From Candidatus Omnitrophota bacterium (lineage in GTDB: Bacteria; Omnitrophota; Gorgyraeia; Pluralincolimonadales; Pluralincolimonadaceae), in assembly GCA_003141835.1 (NCBI GenBank), contig PLNR01000005.1, forward strand, positions 53,108-117,107: a stretch of 64,000 bases of DNA, read 5' to 3'. A program made the translations under genes and the position numbers. The notes beneath the pieces are model-generated. The model had not been told where the DNA came from. It searched no databases and saw only the letters and a program-made list of their open reading frames with translations. Below, one piece after another: positions 9,747 through 20,320 of this stretch (within the stretch, counting starts at the first letter, position 1; each line of letters opens with the position of its first letter).

Positions 9747-10913
9747 ATGGCTAAGATCAATGTCTTATATTTTACGCCGACCCTTGATATAGGCGGAGCG
9801 GAATGGACATTGTATATGCTGACCAAGAGCTTAAATAAGGAGAGGTTTACCCCTATCGTAGCTTACTTTTTTCGAAGCGGCCCATTGGAGGATCTGTTGA
9901 AGCAAAATGGGATAGAGGTCTTATGCGTCGGCCCAAATAAGGCTGATATTTCGAGGTGGGACAGGCTCAAGGCGGTTATAAAGCTTTCCAGGTTCCTTAA
10001 GAAAAGGAAGATCAAGATCGTCCACAGCTTTCAATTCGACGTGGATATATTGGGAGCTATAGCGGCGAAATTGGCAGGGGTCCCGGTCGTTATATCGCAT
10101 ATAGCGGGTGAAAGTTATCTTACATGGTTCCGGAAATATAAATGGCGATACAGGGTTATTTCCAGGTTTTTTATCGGTAAATATATCGCGTGCTCCAAAT
10201 TTTTAGCGGGACAGTTTATTTCGAGTTGCAATGTGAACAATGCGAAGGTGTTGACGATCCAGAATTGCGTTGACGAAGGGAGATTCCTTTCCCCGCACGG
10301 CAAGGATGAGAAGGGCTTGCGTGAAGAATTAGGTTTAGGCAATGAGGGGATCGTCATAGGTTGTGTAGCGAATTTTAGCCCGGACAAAGGACATCGATAT
10401 TTGATTGATGCTATCCCTAAAATCACGTCCTTATTTCCTAATATAAAAATTATATTGATAGGCAGGTTCTCCCCGTTAAAAGAGGGGCTTATAGAACAGG
10501 CAAAGACGCTCGGCGTCCTAGCTAATCTCATCTTCCTGGATTTTCATTTAAATATAGAAGAGGTCCTGGATTTAATGGACATATTTGTCTTACCGTCTTC
10601 ATCAGAAGGCTTACCGGTCGCGATTTTGGAGGCGATGTATATGGCTAAACCCGTTGTAGCGACCAGGATCGACGGTATCCCGGAGGCTGTTATTGAAGGC
10701 GAGACGGGAATTTTGGTGCCGCCAAGGAATAGCGGCGAGCTTGCCAAGGCGATAGTCTCTCTTTTGTCCGACAGGAATAAAGCCCGGGAGATGGGCAGAA
10801 TGGGCAGGGAAAGATGCCTTAAGGAATTTAGTTCAAGTGTTTTGATAAGGAAGGTCGAGGACCTGTATGAGTCGTCTCTTAACGAAAAAGATGCTAATTC
10901 ATGTTTTCCATAG
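9747..10913 (+). CDS. family 4 glycosyltransferase (GT4)
   Basis: GT-B fold signature EGLPVAILEAMYMAKPVVATRIDGIPE near the C-terminus. Start chosen at ATG 9747 (MAKINVLYF) to avoid overlap with the upstream stop. Confidence 0.8.
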   Translation: MAKINVLYFTPTLDIGGAEWTLYMLTKSLNKERFTPIVAYFFRSGPLEDLLKQNGIEVLCVGPNKADISRWDRLKAVIKLSRFLKKRKIKIVHSFQFDVDILGAIAAKLAGVPVVISHIAGESYLTWFRKYKWRYRVISRFFIGKYIACSKFLAGQFISSCNVNNAKVLTIQNCVDEGRFLSPHGKDEKGLREELGLGNEGIVIGCVANFSPDKGHRYLIDAIPKITSLFPNIKIILIGRFSPLKEGLIEQAKTLGVLANLIFLDFHLNIEEVLDLMDIFVLPSSSEGLPVAILEAMYMAKPVVATRIDGIPEAVIEGETGILVPPRNSGELAKAIVSLLSDRNKAREMGRMGRERCLKEFSSSVLIRKVEDLYESSLNEKDANSCFP

Positions 10914-11728
10914 TCTGCACGTATAATAATGAAAAGGTCATGGACGATTATTTGCTCAGGGGGCTGAAAGAGCAAACTTCGAGCTTTGAGCTGATAAAAG
11001 TGGATAATACCTCCGGCACGATCAAATCGGCTGCCGAAGGGCTTAACCGCGGCGGCAGAAGCGCAAAAGGAGATTATATAATCTTCATGCACCAGGATGT
11101 CTATTTTATGTCCGGAGAATGGCTGGAAAAGGCGGAGTCTTTTTTGAGGAAGATCCCGGATCTGGGAGTAGCCGGAATTGCAGGCATGAGAAAAGCGAAG
11201 GCCGCCGGCGCTTTTAAAGTCGGCGAGATCCCCGTTGAAAATCGGGCCTGTTTTGTGTATCAGGGGCCTGAAAAGAAGCCGAAAATGTACGGGAATGCTT
11301 TTGCCGGGCCCATAGAGGTGCAGACTTTAGACGAACAACTGCTGATAGTCCCGGGAAATGTTTTTACCGGCATTAAATTTGACGAAAAGACCTGCGACGG
11401 CTGGCATCTATACGGCGTGGACTATTCCCTATCGGTAAAAAAGGCGGGCCTGAAAGCCTATGTTTTGCCTTTGCCGGTATGGCACCTGTCCAGCAGACCC
11501 ATGGGCGATGAATATTATATAACTCTCGACAAGATCCTGAAGAAACACAAGAGAGAGAAAGTGATATATACAACCTGCGGATCATGGCACACATCCAATT
11601 TTTTCAATTGCTTGAACCTGGTTTTGATGGCGATAAAAGGCGGGATCGGGCGATGGACCGGCAGGAATAATTACGGCGCAGCCCCCTTTATAAGGACCAT
11701 GAAATTGCTGTTAGGAAACAAAAAGTGA
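10901..11728 (+). CDS. hypothetical protein, possibly GT-A-fold glycosyltransferase-like
   Basis: 275 aa with no secure motif. The N-terminus resembles the start of GT2-type enzymes (FSIVCTYNNE...VDNTSG). Inferred from locus context. Confidence 0.3.
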   Translation: MFSIVCTYNNEKVMDDYLLRGLKEQTSSFELIKVDNTSGTIKSAAEGLNRGGRSAKGDYIIFMHQDVYFMSGEWLEKAESFLRKIPDLGVAGIAGMRKAKAAGAFKVGEIPVENRACFVYQGPEKKPKMYGNAFAGPIEVQTLDEQLLIVPGNVFTGIKFDEKTCDGWHLYGVDYSLSVKKAGLKAYVLPLPVWHLSSRPMGDEYYITLDKILKKHKREKVIYTTCGSWHTSNFFNCLNLVLMAIKGGIGRWTGRNNYGAAPFIRTMKLLLGNKK

Positions 11729-11735
11729 TCAATCC

Positions 11736-12755
11736 ATGAAGATATTACTTTGCGCATCCAGTAATCCCCGCTTTATCGAATTGGGAGGATACGTGGAGAG
11801 GGCGCTGAATGCATTAGGGCATCGGTGCGAGAAGTTCGACTTTCGTCGATTTATTGTGCCCGGTGTCATAAGATACCGGGCTCCCCTTCTTAATAAATGG
11901 GATTTAAACAGGCTAAATCGTAGTTTGATCAGAAAAGTGTCTGAATACAGGCCTGACATTTTATTTGTAATCCAGGGGCATACGCTTTTTCCGGAAACGA
12001 TATCAGCGATCAAGCGAAGATTTGGGCCGACGACGATAAACTGGTTCCAGGATTATCCGAAGGATTTCGAAGTTTCTTTGAAATTAGCGCCTGTCTTTGA
12101 CCGTTTCTTTATGACCGACTCGTATGCTGTCCAATATCATTTAAACATTGGAAATAAGAATGTGAAATGCCTCCCTTTTGCTTGCGACCCCCAAATCCAC
12201 CGCCCTTTTAATTTAACAAAAGGGGAGCAAAAAACTTACGCGGCGGATATCGTATTTGTAGGCAGCATGTACGAATACAGGATCAAACTGCTTGAAAACC
12301 TGGTTGATTTTAACCTGGCAATTTGGGGACCGGGTTGGAAGAATTTGCAAGACAGGTCTTCATTAAAGAGATTTGTCAGAGGGGATGCTGTCATTCCTTC
12401 GGAATGGGTTAAAATTTTTAATGCGTCAAAGATCACATTTAATCATATCGGAGAATATAACATGCCTCCCTATCTTACGGGGAATAATATAGTTAATATG
12501 CGATTTTTTGAAGCGCTTGGTTGTAAGGCATTTCAAATAGTCGATTATAAAAAAGATATCTCCTCTTTATTATTCTCCGATAGGGAGGATCTGGTCTGTT
12601 TTAAAGATGATGATGAACTCAAGGAATTGGTCAAGTATTATTTAGCCCGCCCCGAGGAACGCAAAAGGATCTCTGAAAATGGCTATCGAAAAGTATTAGA
12701 AAAGCATACCTATATCGACAGGATGAAAGAGGTCTTTTCTTGTTTGGAGCAGTAA
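11736..12755 (+). CDS. CgeB-like glycosyltransferase (DUF3880 plus Glyco_trans_1_2-like)
   Basis: MKILLCASSN N-terminus and C-terminal RxxIxxxGxxxVLxxHTYxxRM pattern typical of the CgeB family. Clear paralog of 13706..14737. Confidence 0.5.
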   Translation: MKILLCASSNPRFIELGGYVERALNALGHRCEKFDFRRFIVPGVIRYRAPLLNKWDLNRLNRSLIRKVSEYRPDILFVIQGHTLFPETISAIKRRFGPTTINWFQDYPKDFEVSLKLAPVFDRFFMTDSYAVQYHLNIGNKNVKCLPFACDPQIHRPFNLTKGEQKTYAADIVFVGSMYEYRIKLLENLVDFNLAIWGPGWKNLQDRSSLKRFVRGDAVIPSEWVKIFNASKITFNHIGEYNMPPYLTGNNIVNMRFFEALGCKAFQIVDYKKDISSLLFSDREDLVCFKDDDELKELVKYYLARPEERKRISENGYRKVLEKHTYIDRMKEVFSCLEQ

Positions 12756-12757
12756 AT

Positions 12758-13702
12758 ATGACATCAAAATATGCAGATTGCATCGGTTGCGGAAATAAAA
12801 ATTTTAATTTTATATGTAATTTCTTCGATGGAAGTCGCAAATTTAAGGATAAATTGCGGCTTGTAAAGTGTAAAAGCTGCGGACTCGCGTTTATCAACCC
12901 TTTACCAAGCCGGGAGAAGCTGGAATCTTACGTTCAAAACCAGCTTTTTAGCGAAATAGACGACGGATCATATTTACCCCAGGTGAGGAAATTTTTATCC
13001 ATTAAAGATAAAGGAACGATTTTGGACATAGGCTGCGGAAGGGGATTTTTCCTTAACAGGATGAAACAGTCCGGTTGGTCCGCTTTTGGAGTTGAGCTAA
13101 ATGAACAAATGGCGGCGCAGGCAAAAGAAAAGCTTGGGCTTGATATCTTTTCCGGCACGCTCCGGGAGACAAGGTTCCCCGACGGGTCCTTTGATGCCGT
13201 AAATTTGCGCCATGTTTTGGAGCACCTGTTATCGCCGTACCAGGCCTTAACCCACATTCATAGACTGCTAAAGCAGGACGGGATCATTGTTATCACCGTG
13301 CCTAATTTTGAAGGCTTCCAAAGAAAGATATTCGGCAGATATTATTTGGCGGTGGCCGGAATATTTCACATCTCCCAATTCACTCCCCGCTCATTGAAGT
13401 CGTTATTGGAAAGGGCGGGTTACCGGGTGATCTCGACCAAGACATTTCAAGAGAGCGCTTCTGCGTGGCTTTATGGAGAGAGCCTGAGGTATTTGTTGAG
13501 AGATCTCAGGTTGTATCCTCAAAAGCAGGCCCTGGCCGGAAGAAGCAATTCCCTTAACGGCGCCTCGCCAAGGCCCTCAAGCCGTATATCGGTAAAGGAT
13601 TCCCTGCATTCCATTGAGCAAATATTATTTAAGGCCGTCGGGGGGATCGGAGCGGGCCTTGGCATGGGAGATGTAATGATCTGCTGCGCAAGGAAGGTGT
13701 AA
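12758..13702 (+). CDS. class I SAM-dependent methyltransferase with N-terminal Cys4 zinc ribbon
   Basis: CIGCGN...CKSCG zinc ribbon, then ILDIGCGRGFF (motif I) and acidic motif II. Paralog of 23219..24061. Confidence 0.75.
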   Translation: MTSKYADCIGCGNKNFNFICNFFDGSRKFKDKLRLVKCKSCGLAFINPLPSREKLESYVQNQLFSEIDDGSYLPQVRKFLSIKDKGTILDIGCGRGFFLNRMKQSGWSAFGVELNEQMAAQAKEKLGLDIFSGTLRETRFPDGSFDAVNLRHVLEHLLSPYQALTHIHRLLKQDGIIVITVPNFEGFQRKIFGRYYLAVAGIFHISQFTPRSLKSLLERAGYRVISTKTFQESASAWLYGESLRYLLRDLRLYPQKQALAGRSNSLNGASPRPSSRISVKDSLHSIEQILFKAVGGIGAGLGMGDVMICCARKV

Positions 13703-13705
13703 TAA

Positions 13706-14737
13706 ATGAAGATATTGTTATGCGCCTCTTCCAATAAACGGTTCATAGAGAACGGGGGATATGTCGAACTCGCTCTTAAAAAATTGGGCCATTGCGTGCA
13801 AGTCTTTGACTTCAGGGACTATCTTTTGCCTTTCGGGATCAGAAAGAGGCTCCCGGCTTTACACGGCTGGGACACGCATAGGATCAATAGGCTTCTCTAT
13901 GAACAAGCTAAGTCCTTCAAGCCGGATATCCTATTCGTTGTCCAGGGACAGACCATCCTGCCGCAGACGATCATTGAAATGAAGAAAAATTTAGGCTTGA
14001 TCGCAGTTAATTGGTTTGTAGATTATCCTAAGGAATTAGATCACGGTTTAAAAGTTGCTAAGGCATACGATCATTTTTTTGTAAACGGGACGGATGCGTT
14101 GGAAAAATACCTGGAAAACGGGATTACGCATGTTAAGTGGCTTCCGCTCGCTTGCGAGCCCGATATACATAAACCCCTGGTATTGGATGAAAAGGATAGG
14201 CTCAGGTTTAATGATGACATAGTATTTATCGGCTCTTTATATCCGGAGAGGATAAGTCTCTTCGGGAACCTGGCAGATCTTCCGCTTGGTATCTGGACCT
14301 GGGATGAGCGCCACCAGAAAATCGGGACATCATCCGCTTTAAGGAGAAGCATAAGGGGCGGCCCCTTGCCTCCTTGCGATTGGGTAAAATTATATAATAG
14401 CGCGAAGATCGCCTTGAATTCTGTCGGTCATTTCGGCGAATACGGAGAAAAAATCGGCGGGGATAAAATTCAGATGACAAACGCCAGGACATTCGAGATA
14501 CTTGCCTGCGGGACATTCCAATTAGTGGACAGGAAAAAAGACATTCTGGCCTTATTTTCCGATAGAGAGGATTTGGTCTGTTATAAAGACGGCGATGAAT
14601 TAAGGGACCTGGCCAAGTATTATTTAACCCACCCCGAAGAACGCAGGAAGATCTCGGAGAGCGGCCATAAAAAAGTATTGGAAAAACATACTTATGTCCA
14701 CAGGATGAAAGAAATATTCTCGTATTTGAAAATATGA
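13706..14737 (+). CDS. CgeB-like glycosyltransferase, second paralog
   Basis: N-terminal MKILLCASSNKRFIENGGYVE and C-terminal ERRKISESGHKKVLEKHTYVHRMKE closely parallel 11736..12755. Confidence 0.5.
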   Translation: MKILLCASSNKRFIENGGYVELALKKLGHCVQVFDFRDYLLPFGIRKRLPALHGWDTHRINRLLYEQAKSFKPDILFVVQGQTILPQTIIEMKKNLGLIAVNWFVDYPKELDHGLKVAKAYDHFFVNGTDALEKYLENGITHVKWLPLACEPDIHKPLVLDEKDRLRFNDDIVFIGSLYPERISLFGNLADLPLGIWTWDERHQKIGTSSALRRSIRGGPLPPCDWVKLYNSAKIALNSVGHFGEYGEKIGGDKIQMTNARTFEILACGTFQLVDRKKDILALFSDREDLVCYKDGDELRDLAKYYLTHPEERRKISESGHKKVLEKHTYVHRMKEIFSYLKI

Positions 14738-16920
14738 AAAAGATAACGGTGGCCCAGGCAGTGGAAAATTTGCGCATCGGCGGCATCGAGAAGACGGTCT
14801 CGACCGTTGCGCAGGGCTTAAATAAAGATAAATATGATGTCAAGGTCTATTGCCTCGCTGAAGGCGGGGCGATCGCGGATGAATTGGTCAGAAATGGCTA
14901 CGATGTTAAGGTGTTAAATTTAAAGACCTATCATAACCCGGTAAATATTTTAAGACTCGCCGGTTTAATGCGGAAAGACAGGGTGGATATCCTCCATACC
15001 CACGGTTATTTCGCAAGCACATTCGCCCGTTTGGCAGCCATCATCGCCCGGGTGCCGGTGATCTTCACTAAGATATCGAGCACTTATTACGACCTTAAAT
15101 TTAAACACCGGTTGACGGAACGGGTGCTTTCTTTATTTTCGGACAAGATAATCTGCGTCTCTGATGCGGTAAAGGAGTTCATAATACGGACGGAGGGGAT
15201 AGATCCCGGAAAGATAGCCGTGATCCACAACGGCGGAAGGGTAAAACCCGCTTCTCATCCGGAAGCTGCGCTAAGGTCAGGATGGGGCATAAAAGAAGGC
15301 GACAAAGTGATAGGTACGGTAGCGAGGCTCGAGCCGGTCAAGGGGGTGGAATATTTTATCAGGGCGGCAGCCGAAGCGGCAAAGGCGGACGTCCATATAA
15401 AGTTTTTGGTCGCCGGGGATGGCGCGCAGAGGCGGGAATTGGAAAATTTAGCGGATGCGCTTCAAATTAAGGATAAAGTGGTCTTCACGGGCTTTTTAAT
15501 GGATCCGCAAGACGCCTTATCGATAATGGATATCTTCGTTTTAGCATCGGCGGAAAGGGAGGGTTTTTCGAGCGCTTTAACAGAGGCGATGGGATTTGGA
15601 TTGCCTGTAATCGCAACCAGAATAGGCGGAAATGTCGAAGCGGTTTCTGACGGGATAAACGGGATTTTAGTCCCTCCGAAAGACCCCGGTGCCCTGGCAG
15701 AAGCGGTTATCTCCCTGTTAAAAGACCCTCCCAGGGCGAAAAAAATGGCGGAGGAGGGCAAGAGGTTATATCGCGAGAAATTCAGCGCCGACGTCATGGT
15801 CAATAAAATAGAAGGACTCTATGATTTTTATGTCAACAAAAAACTTAAAACGAAAACCAAATATAAAGTCATATTTTTCCCGGAAGGGAATATAACTAAT
15901 CCCGCGAGCAGGTATAACTGTTATTATTTAGCAGAGGCGTTAACCAGGGAAGGCATAAGGACCTGCATTTCTCATTCTGTTTTTCCGTATGGTAAACCCC
16001 TAAATTACGTTAGAGAAAAATATTTGCTTGTTAAAAACCTGATTAAAAAATCCCTTACGGTATTAACCAGCAGGGAAGGCGACATAATATTCATCCAGCG
16101 CGGCATCCCATGGAGAGGTTTTTTCGACAGGGCGGTATTCCGGCTCTATCTTTTTGCGAAAAGAGTCTTGAAGAAAAAAATAATATTTCATTTCGACGAC
16201 GCGGTCTATTTAAACCCTCCTGAACATGTGACGAGGACCATAATAGAGGTTAGCGATGCGGTTATCGCCGGCAGCCATCATTTAAGGGATTATGCTTTGA
16301 AGTTAAATAAAAACGTATTTTTGATCCCCACCTCGATCGATACCGATAAATGGAAGCCTGGTCCAAACCCGGGAAAGGATAAGAACGGTTTTTGTATCGG
16401 CTGGTGCGGAACGGGTTCAAATTTAAAATATCTGAGTTTATTGCGGGAACCCCTTTCGACCTTAGGCAAAAAATTCGATATAGAGTTGAAGATCATCGGT
16501 CCGGAAAGTGAAGCGGCGGATCTCCCGGAATTCGAAAACGTAAAGATCGTTTACCGGCCGTGGGACCTGGATGATGAGATAGAGGTCATCTCCAAATTTG
16601 ATATCGGCATTATGCCCCTTTACGACGGGGAGGCCGAAAGAGGCAAATGCGGCCTGAAACTCCTGCTGTATATGAGCCTTGGGATACCGGCGATAGGAAG
16701 CGCGGTCGGAGAAAACAGGCATATCATCAGGAACGGCGAGAACGGATTTTTGGCGTCGAATGAAAAAGAATGGGTCGAGAAATTGGAAGCGTTGATCACG
16801 GATGATGATTTAAGGGAAAGATTTTCCCTCGAGGGGAGAAGGACGGTCCTTGAAAGGTATTCTTTAAAGGAAAGCGCGAAAAAATTAGCGCAGATCATAA
16901 GGGACCTAAGTGCAGGATGA
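14734..16920 (+). CDS. two-domain glycosyltransferase (N-terminal GT4 plus C-terminal GT1-like)
   Basis: N-terminal half has the EGFSSALTEAMGFGLPVIATRIGG GT4 signature. C-terminal about 350 aa has a second GT-B-like C-domain (GSAVGENRHIIRNGENGFL). ATGA overlap with the upstream stop. Confidence 0.7.
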   Translation: MKKITVAQAVENLRIGGIEKTVSTVAQGLNKDKYDVKVYCLAEGGAIADELVRNGYDVKVLNLKTYHNPVNILRLAGLMRKDRVDILHTHGYFASTFARLAAIIARVPVIFTKISSTYYDLKFKHRLTERVLSLFSDKIICVSDAVKEFIIRTEGIDPGKIAVIHNGGRVKPASHPEAALRSGWGIKEGDKVIGTVARLEPVKGVEYFIRAAAEAAKADVHIKFLVAGDGAQRRELENLADALQIKDKVVFTGFLMDPQDALSIMDIFVLASAEREGFSSALTEAMGFGLPVIATRIGGNVEAVSDGINGILVPPKDPGALAEAVISLLKDPPRAKKMAEEGKRLYREKFSADVMVNKIEGLYDFYVNKKLKTKTKYKVIFFPEGNITNPASRYNCYYLAEALTREGIRTCISHSVFPYGKPLNYVREKYLLVKNLIKKSLTVLTSREGDIIFIQRGIPWRGFFDRAVFRLYLFAKRVLKKKIIFHFDDAVYLNPPEHVTRTIIEVSDAVIAGSHHLRDYALKLNKNVFLIPTSIDTDKWKPGPNPGKDKNGFCIGWCGTGSNLKYLSLLREPLSTLGKKFDIELKIIGPESEAADLPEFENVKIVYRPWDLDDEIEVISKFDIGIMPLYDGEAERGKCGLKLLLYMSLGIPAIGSAVGENRHIIRNGENGFLASNEKEWVEKLEALITDDDLRERFSLEGRRTVLERYSLKESAKKLAQIIRDLSAG

Positions 16921-16944
16921 AGATATCGTCGGGGATTTAGGTGA

Positions 16945-18231
16945 TTACCGCCATTTTATCCTTTTAAAATACTCCTGAATGTCGCCTCTCCACCTTCTTT
17001 TGGTCAAAAAACCCTTCAGGTCTTCCCTCATTTCCATGAGCTCTTCCAGGTCATAGGAATCGGTTTCGGTAACCAAGCCCCCTTCTCCCTGGCCGGCTAT
17101 GTTATAAAATTCGCTATAGACCTTAACGATGCGCCTGATCCCGTATTTCTTTTTATGCTCCCAGGTGTCGCTGCCCGGGAGGGGGATGAAGGTAAAAAGC
17201 GTATATTCATCGGGATCGGCCGTTTCCATGAATCTCTTTGTTTCTTGGATGGTATCCTTATTTTCCCCGGGTATGCCCACTATAAGGTAAACCTTCGTTA
17301 TCAATCCCGCTTTTTTGGCGTCTTTTATAGCTTTGATGTTCTGCCTCACCGTGCATTTTTTATTTATCCTGTCTAAAAGGTCCTGGCTGCCGGATTCTGC
17401 CCCAAATGCGATAGTTGTGCATCCCGACTCTTTTAATCTAACAAAATCTTCGTAATTATTCCGGTCCGCCCTCCCGTTGCACCGGAATTTTATCCGCAAT
17501 TTTTTGAACTCATCCAGGAGGGGATAAAGCCGCGCTCTATTTAACGTAAAAATATCGTCATAAATGATAAAGTTCCTGATACCATATCGTTTTATGATCA
17601 GTTTTATCTCGTCTACGACCGACCGGTTGGAGCGAAATCTCATCTTTTTGAAGGTCATGGGGCTATTACAGAAAGCGCATTTGTAAGGGCATCCCCTCGA
17701 AGTTATTATGGAAGTCGCTAACTTGCCCCCCACGATCCTATGGTAATTTTTTATATCGACCAGGTCCCTGGCCGGAAGAGGTAATTTATCCAGGTCCTGC
17801 GGTATGTTAAAGTCATAAACGGCCTTCGGCTTCCCCTTAATTATATCCTTCAGGCATTCCTTTATGCTCAGGTCCGCCTCTCCTTTTATGACTATATCAA
17901 AATCTTTTAACGACTGTTTAGGCAAGGCCGTGGGGTGGGCCCCGCCGGCTACGATCTTAGATTTGGGGTTTAGTTTTTTGCAGATCTTCTTTATTTGTTT
18001 TGAGATAGGGTAATTGCAGGTGTAAATTTCTATTCCGTATACATCCGCCTTACCTATCAATTTTTCCCATTGAGCATAGGGCTGTGAAGCCAGGTCGGCG
18101 ACCCTTACCTCAATACCCATATCTCTTATTGAGGCAGCCACATATAGCAGGCCTAAAGGCGGGTCTATCCTGTCATCCAGGCTGTTGATCTGGGGCGGGC
18201 TTATTAAACAGACATTGATCGTTCTTTTCAT
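16945..18231 (-). CDS. B12-binding domain radical SAM enzyme (minus-strand paralog)
   Basis: SRGCPYKCAFC = CX3CX2C. B12-like N-terminal domain and DLDKLPLPARDL motif shared with 6472..7845. Only minus-strand gene inside the glycan locus. Start taken at the MKRTINV ATG. Confidence 0.75.
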   Translation of the reverse strand: MKRTINVCLISPPQINSLDDRIDPPLGLLYVAASIRDMGIEVRVADLASQPYAQWEKLIGKADVYGIEIYTCNYPISKQIKKICKKLNPKSKIVAGGAHPTALPKQSLKDFDIVIKGEADLSIKECLKDIIKGKPKAVYDFNIPQDLDKLPLPARDLVDIKNYHRIVGGKLATSIITSRGCPYKCAFCNSPMTFKKMRFRSNRSVVDEIKLIIKRYGIRNFIIYDDIFTLNRARLYPLLDEFKKLRIKFRCNGRADRNNYEDFVRLKESGCTTIAFGAESGSQDLLDRINKKCTVRQNIKAIKDAKKAGLITKVYLIVGIPGENKDTIQETKRFMETADPDEYTLFTFIPLPGSDTWEHKKKYGIRRIVKVYSEFYNIAGQGEGGLVTETDSYDLEELMEMREDLKGFLTKRRWRGDIQEYFKRIKWR

Positions 18232-18421
18232 AAAGTCGCTCCGGTTAGTAACAGGGTACATTTTATAGTATGGGGAAGACGGAAATCAAGACAATTTGCC
18301 CCTCAGCCGCCAGGTCAAAGCCCTAGAATACGGGTACCTCCTGTGATATAATCATCGCTTAAGGAGTATTCTATTGGCCCCATCCGTAATTCTGATCACC
18401 GAAAGTCCGGATAAATAAACT

Positions 18422-20320
18422 ATGTGCGGCATATGCGGGATCTTAGATTTTAATAAGTCCGGATCCGTCGAGCCAAGCTCGATCAAAAGGATGTGCGATG
18501 AGTTGAAGCATCGCGGACCGGATGACGAGGGCATATATTCAAACGGAAGGATCGGCCTGGGAGTAAGGCGCTTAAGCATCATAGACCTGGTTACCGGGCA
18601 CCAACCGGTCCATAATGAAGATAAAAAGATCTGGGTCGTCATGAACGGCGAGATCTATAATTTCCGGGACTTAAGGGACGGGTTAGAGGGCAAGGGGCAT
18701 AAGTTTTACACAAAGTCGGATACAGAGGTATTGGTCCATCTATACGAAGAATATGCCGAGAATTGCGTGCAGCATCTTCGCGGGATGTACGCTTTTGCGA
18801 TCTGGGATGAGAGACGGGATAAACTGATCCTCGCAAGGGACAGGGTCGGAAAGAAACCTTTGTGTTATCGTCTGGAGAACGGTAGGCTGGTCTTCGGCTC
18901 CGAGATCAAGTCGATACTGGCTGTTTCTGAAACGTCCCCCCGCATGGATTTAGAGGCTTTGGACCTGTACCTTACCTATAAATATATTCCGGCCCCACGG
19001 ACCATCTTCCAGGGGGTGAGGAAACTTCCGCCTGCGAGCATCCTGGTCTGGGAAGACGGGAAAATGACCGTAAACGAATACTGGGACCTGAAATTTACAC
19101 CCAAGGGTGATTTCACGGAGGCCGAATGGAAAGAACAGATCATGGACCGTTTAAGGGAGGCAGTAAAGATCCGCCTGGTAAGCGATGTGCCCCTGGGGGT
19201 CCTTTTAAGCGGCGGGATCGATTCAAGCGCGGTCACCGCTTTGGCATCCCAGTTTTCAGGCGGACCGGTCAAGACCTTTTCGGTGGGTTTTGAAGAGACC
19301 GATTTTTCCGAGTTAGAATACGCCCGCCTTATCGCAAAACGCTTTAATACGGAGCACCGCGAATTTATCGTAAAACCTGAGGCGGTGAAGATCCTGCCGG
19401 AATTGATTTCGCATTACGGAGAACCGTTCGCGGACGCATCCTGTATCCCGACTTTTTATCTGTCAAAATTATCGAGGGAGTTCGTGACCGTCGCGCTCTC
19501 AGGCGACGGCGGGGACGAGAATTTTGCCGGCTACGGCTGGTACAACATCCATTCTTATTTCGCGCCGTTTAAGGTCTTTCCGAGGCCTCTATTCGCCTTA
19601 AATGAATCCTTGTTTAAAGCGATGGGTTTTGCAAGGAGCAGGTCCGTCCTGTTAAGGCGCCTTCAAAAAGCGATGAAGTACGGCAGGTTAGGTCCCATCC
19701 AGCGATACGGCGAGTGGGTATCTTATTTTAACGAGGAATTAAAATCGCAGCTTTATAATGAAAAACTAAAAAAAGGATCGAGGAAAGAACGCGAGTATGG
19801 TCTATTGCTCGAATGCCTCAAGGGCGCCGGGGATCTGGGCATATTGGACAAGCATCTCTACGTGGATATCAAAAATTACCTGCCGGGAGACCTGTTGGTA
19901 AAGATGGATATCGCTTCGATGGCGAATTCGCTTGAAGTGCGCTCGCCTTTTTTAGACCATAAATTTTTGGAGTTTACCGCAACGATCCCCGCCGGATTGA
20001 AACTGAAACAAGGGGAAGGAAAATATATCTTTAAAAAAGCCATGGAAGGGTTGCTGCCGGAGGAGGTATTGAACCGGAAAAAACAAGGTTTTTCGGTCCC
20101 GTTAAAGAAATGGATAAGCAAAGACCTGAGCGGATTTATCGAGCGGACGCTATTAAGCAAAGAGTCGGCTGCCGGAGAATATTTTAATACGGATTTTATC
20201 AAGCGGATGCTGACGGACCACCGGAATGGCAGGGTAAATTATGCCGGCCACTTATGGGCGCTTGCGAATTTTGAAATATGGCATAAAATATTCATCGAGA
20301 AAAAAGATCATGCCGGATAA
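18422..20320 (+). CDS. asparagine synthase (glutamine-hydrolysing) family amidotransferase
   Basis: N-terminal MCGICGI (Cys2 Ntn nucleophile) and SGGIDSS PP-loop. In glycan loci such homologs amidate sugar carboxylates. Confidence 0.85.
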   Translation: MCGICGILDFNKSGSVEPSSIKRMCDELKHRGPDDEGIYSNGRIGLGVRRLSIIDLVTGHQPVHNEDKKIWVVMNGEIYNFRDLRDGLEGKGHKFYTKSDTEVLVHLYEEYAENCVQHLRGMYAFAIWDERRDKLILARDRVGKKPLCYRLENGRLVFGSEIKSILAVSETSPRMDLEALDLYLTYKYIPAPRTIFQGVRKLPPASILVWEDGKMTVNEYWDLKFTPKGDFTEAEWKEQIMDRLREAVKIRLVSDVPLGVLLSGGIDSSAVTALASQFSGGPVKTFSVGFEETDFSELEYARLIAKRFNTEHREFIVKPEAVKILPELISHYGEPFADASCIPTFYLSKLSREFVTVALSGDGGDENFAGYGWYNIHSYFAPFKVFPRPLFALNESLFKAMGFARSRSVLLRRLQKAMKYGRLGPIQRYGEWVSYFNEELKSQLYNEKLKKGSRKEREYGLLLECLKGAGDLGILDKHLYVDIKNYLPGDLLVKMDIASMANSLEVRSPFLDHKFLEFTATIPAGLKLKQGEGKYIFKKAMEGLLPEEVLNRKKQGFSVPLKKWISKDLSGFIERTLLSKESAAGEYFNTDFIKRMLTDHRNGRVNYAGHLWALANFEIWHKIFIEKKDHAG

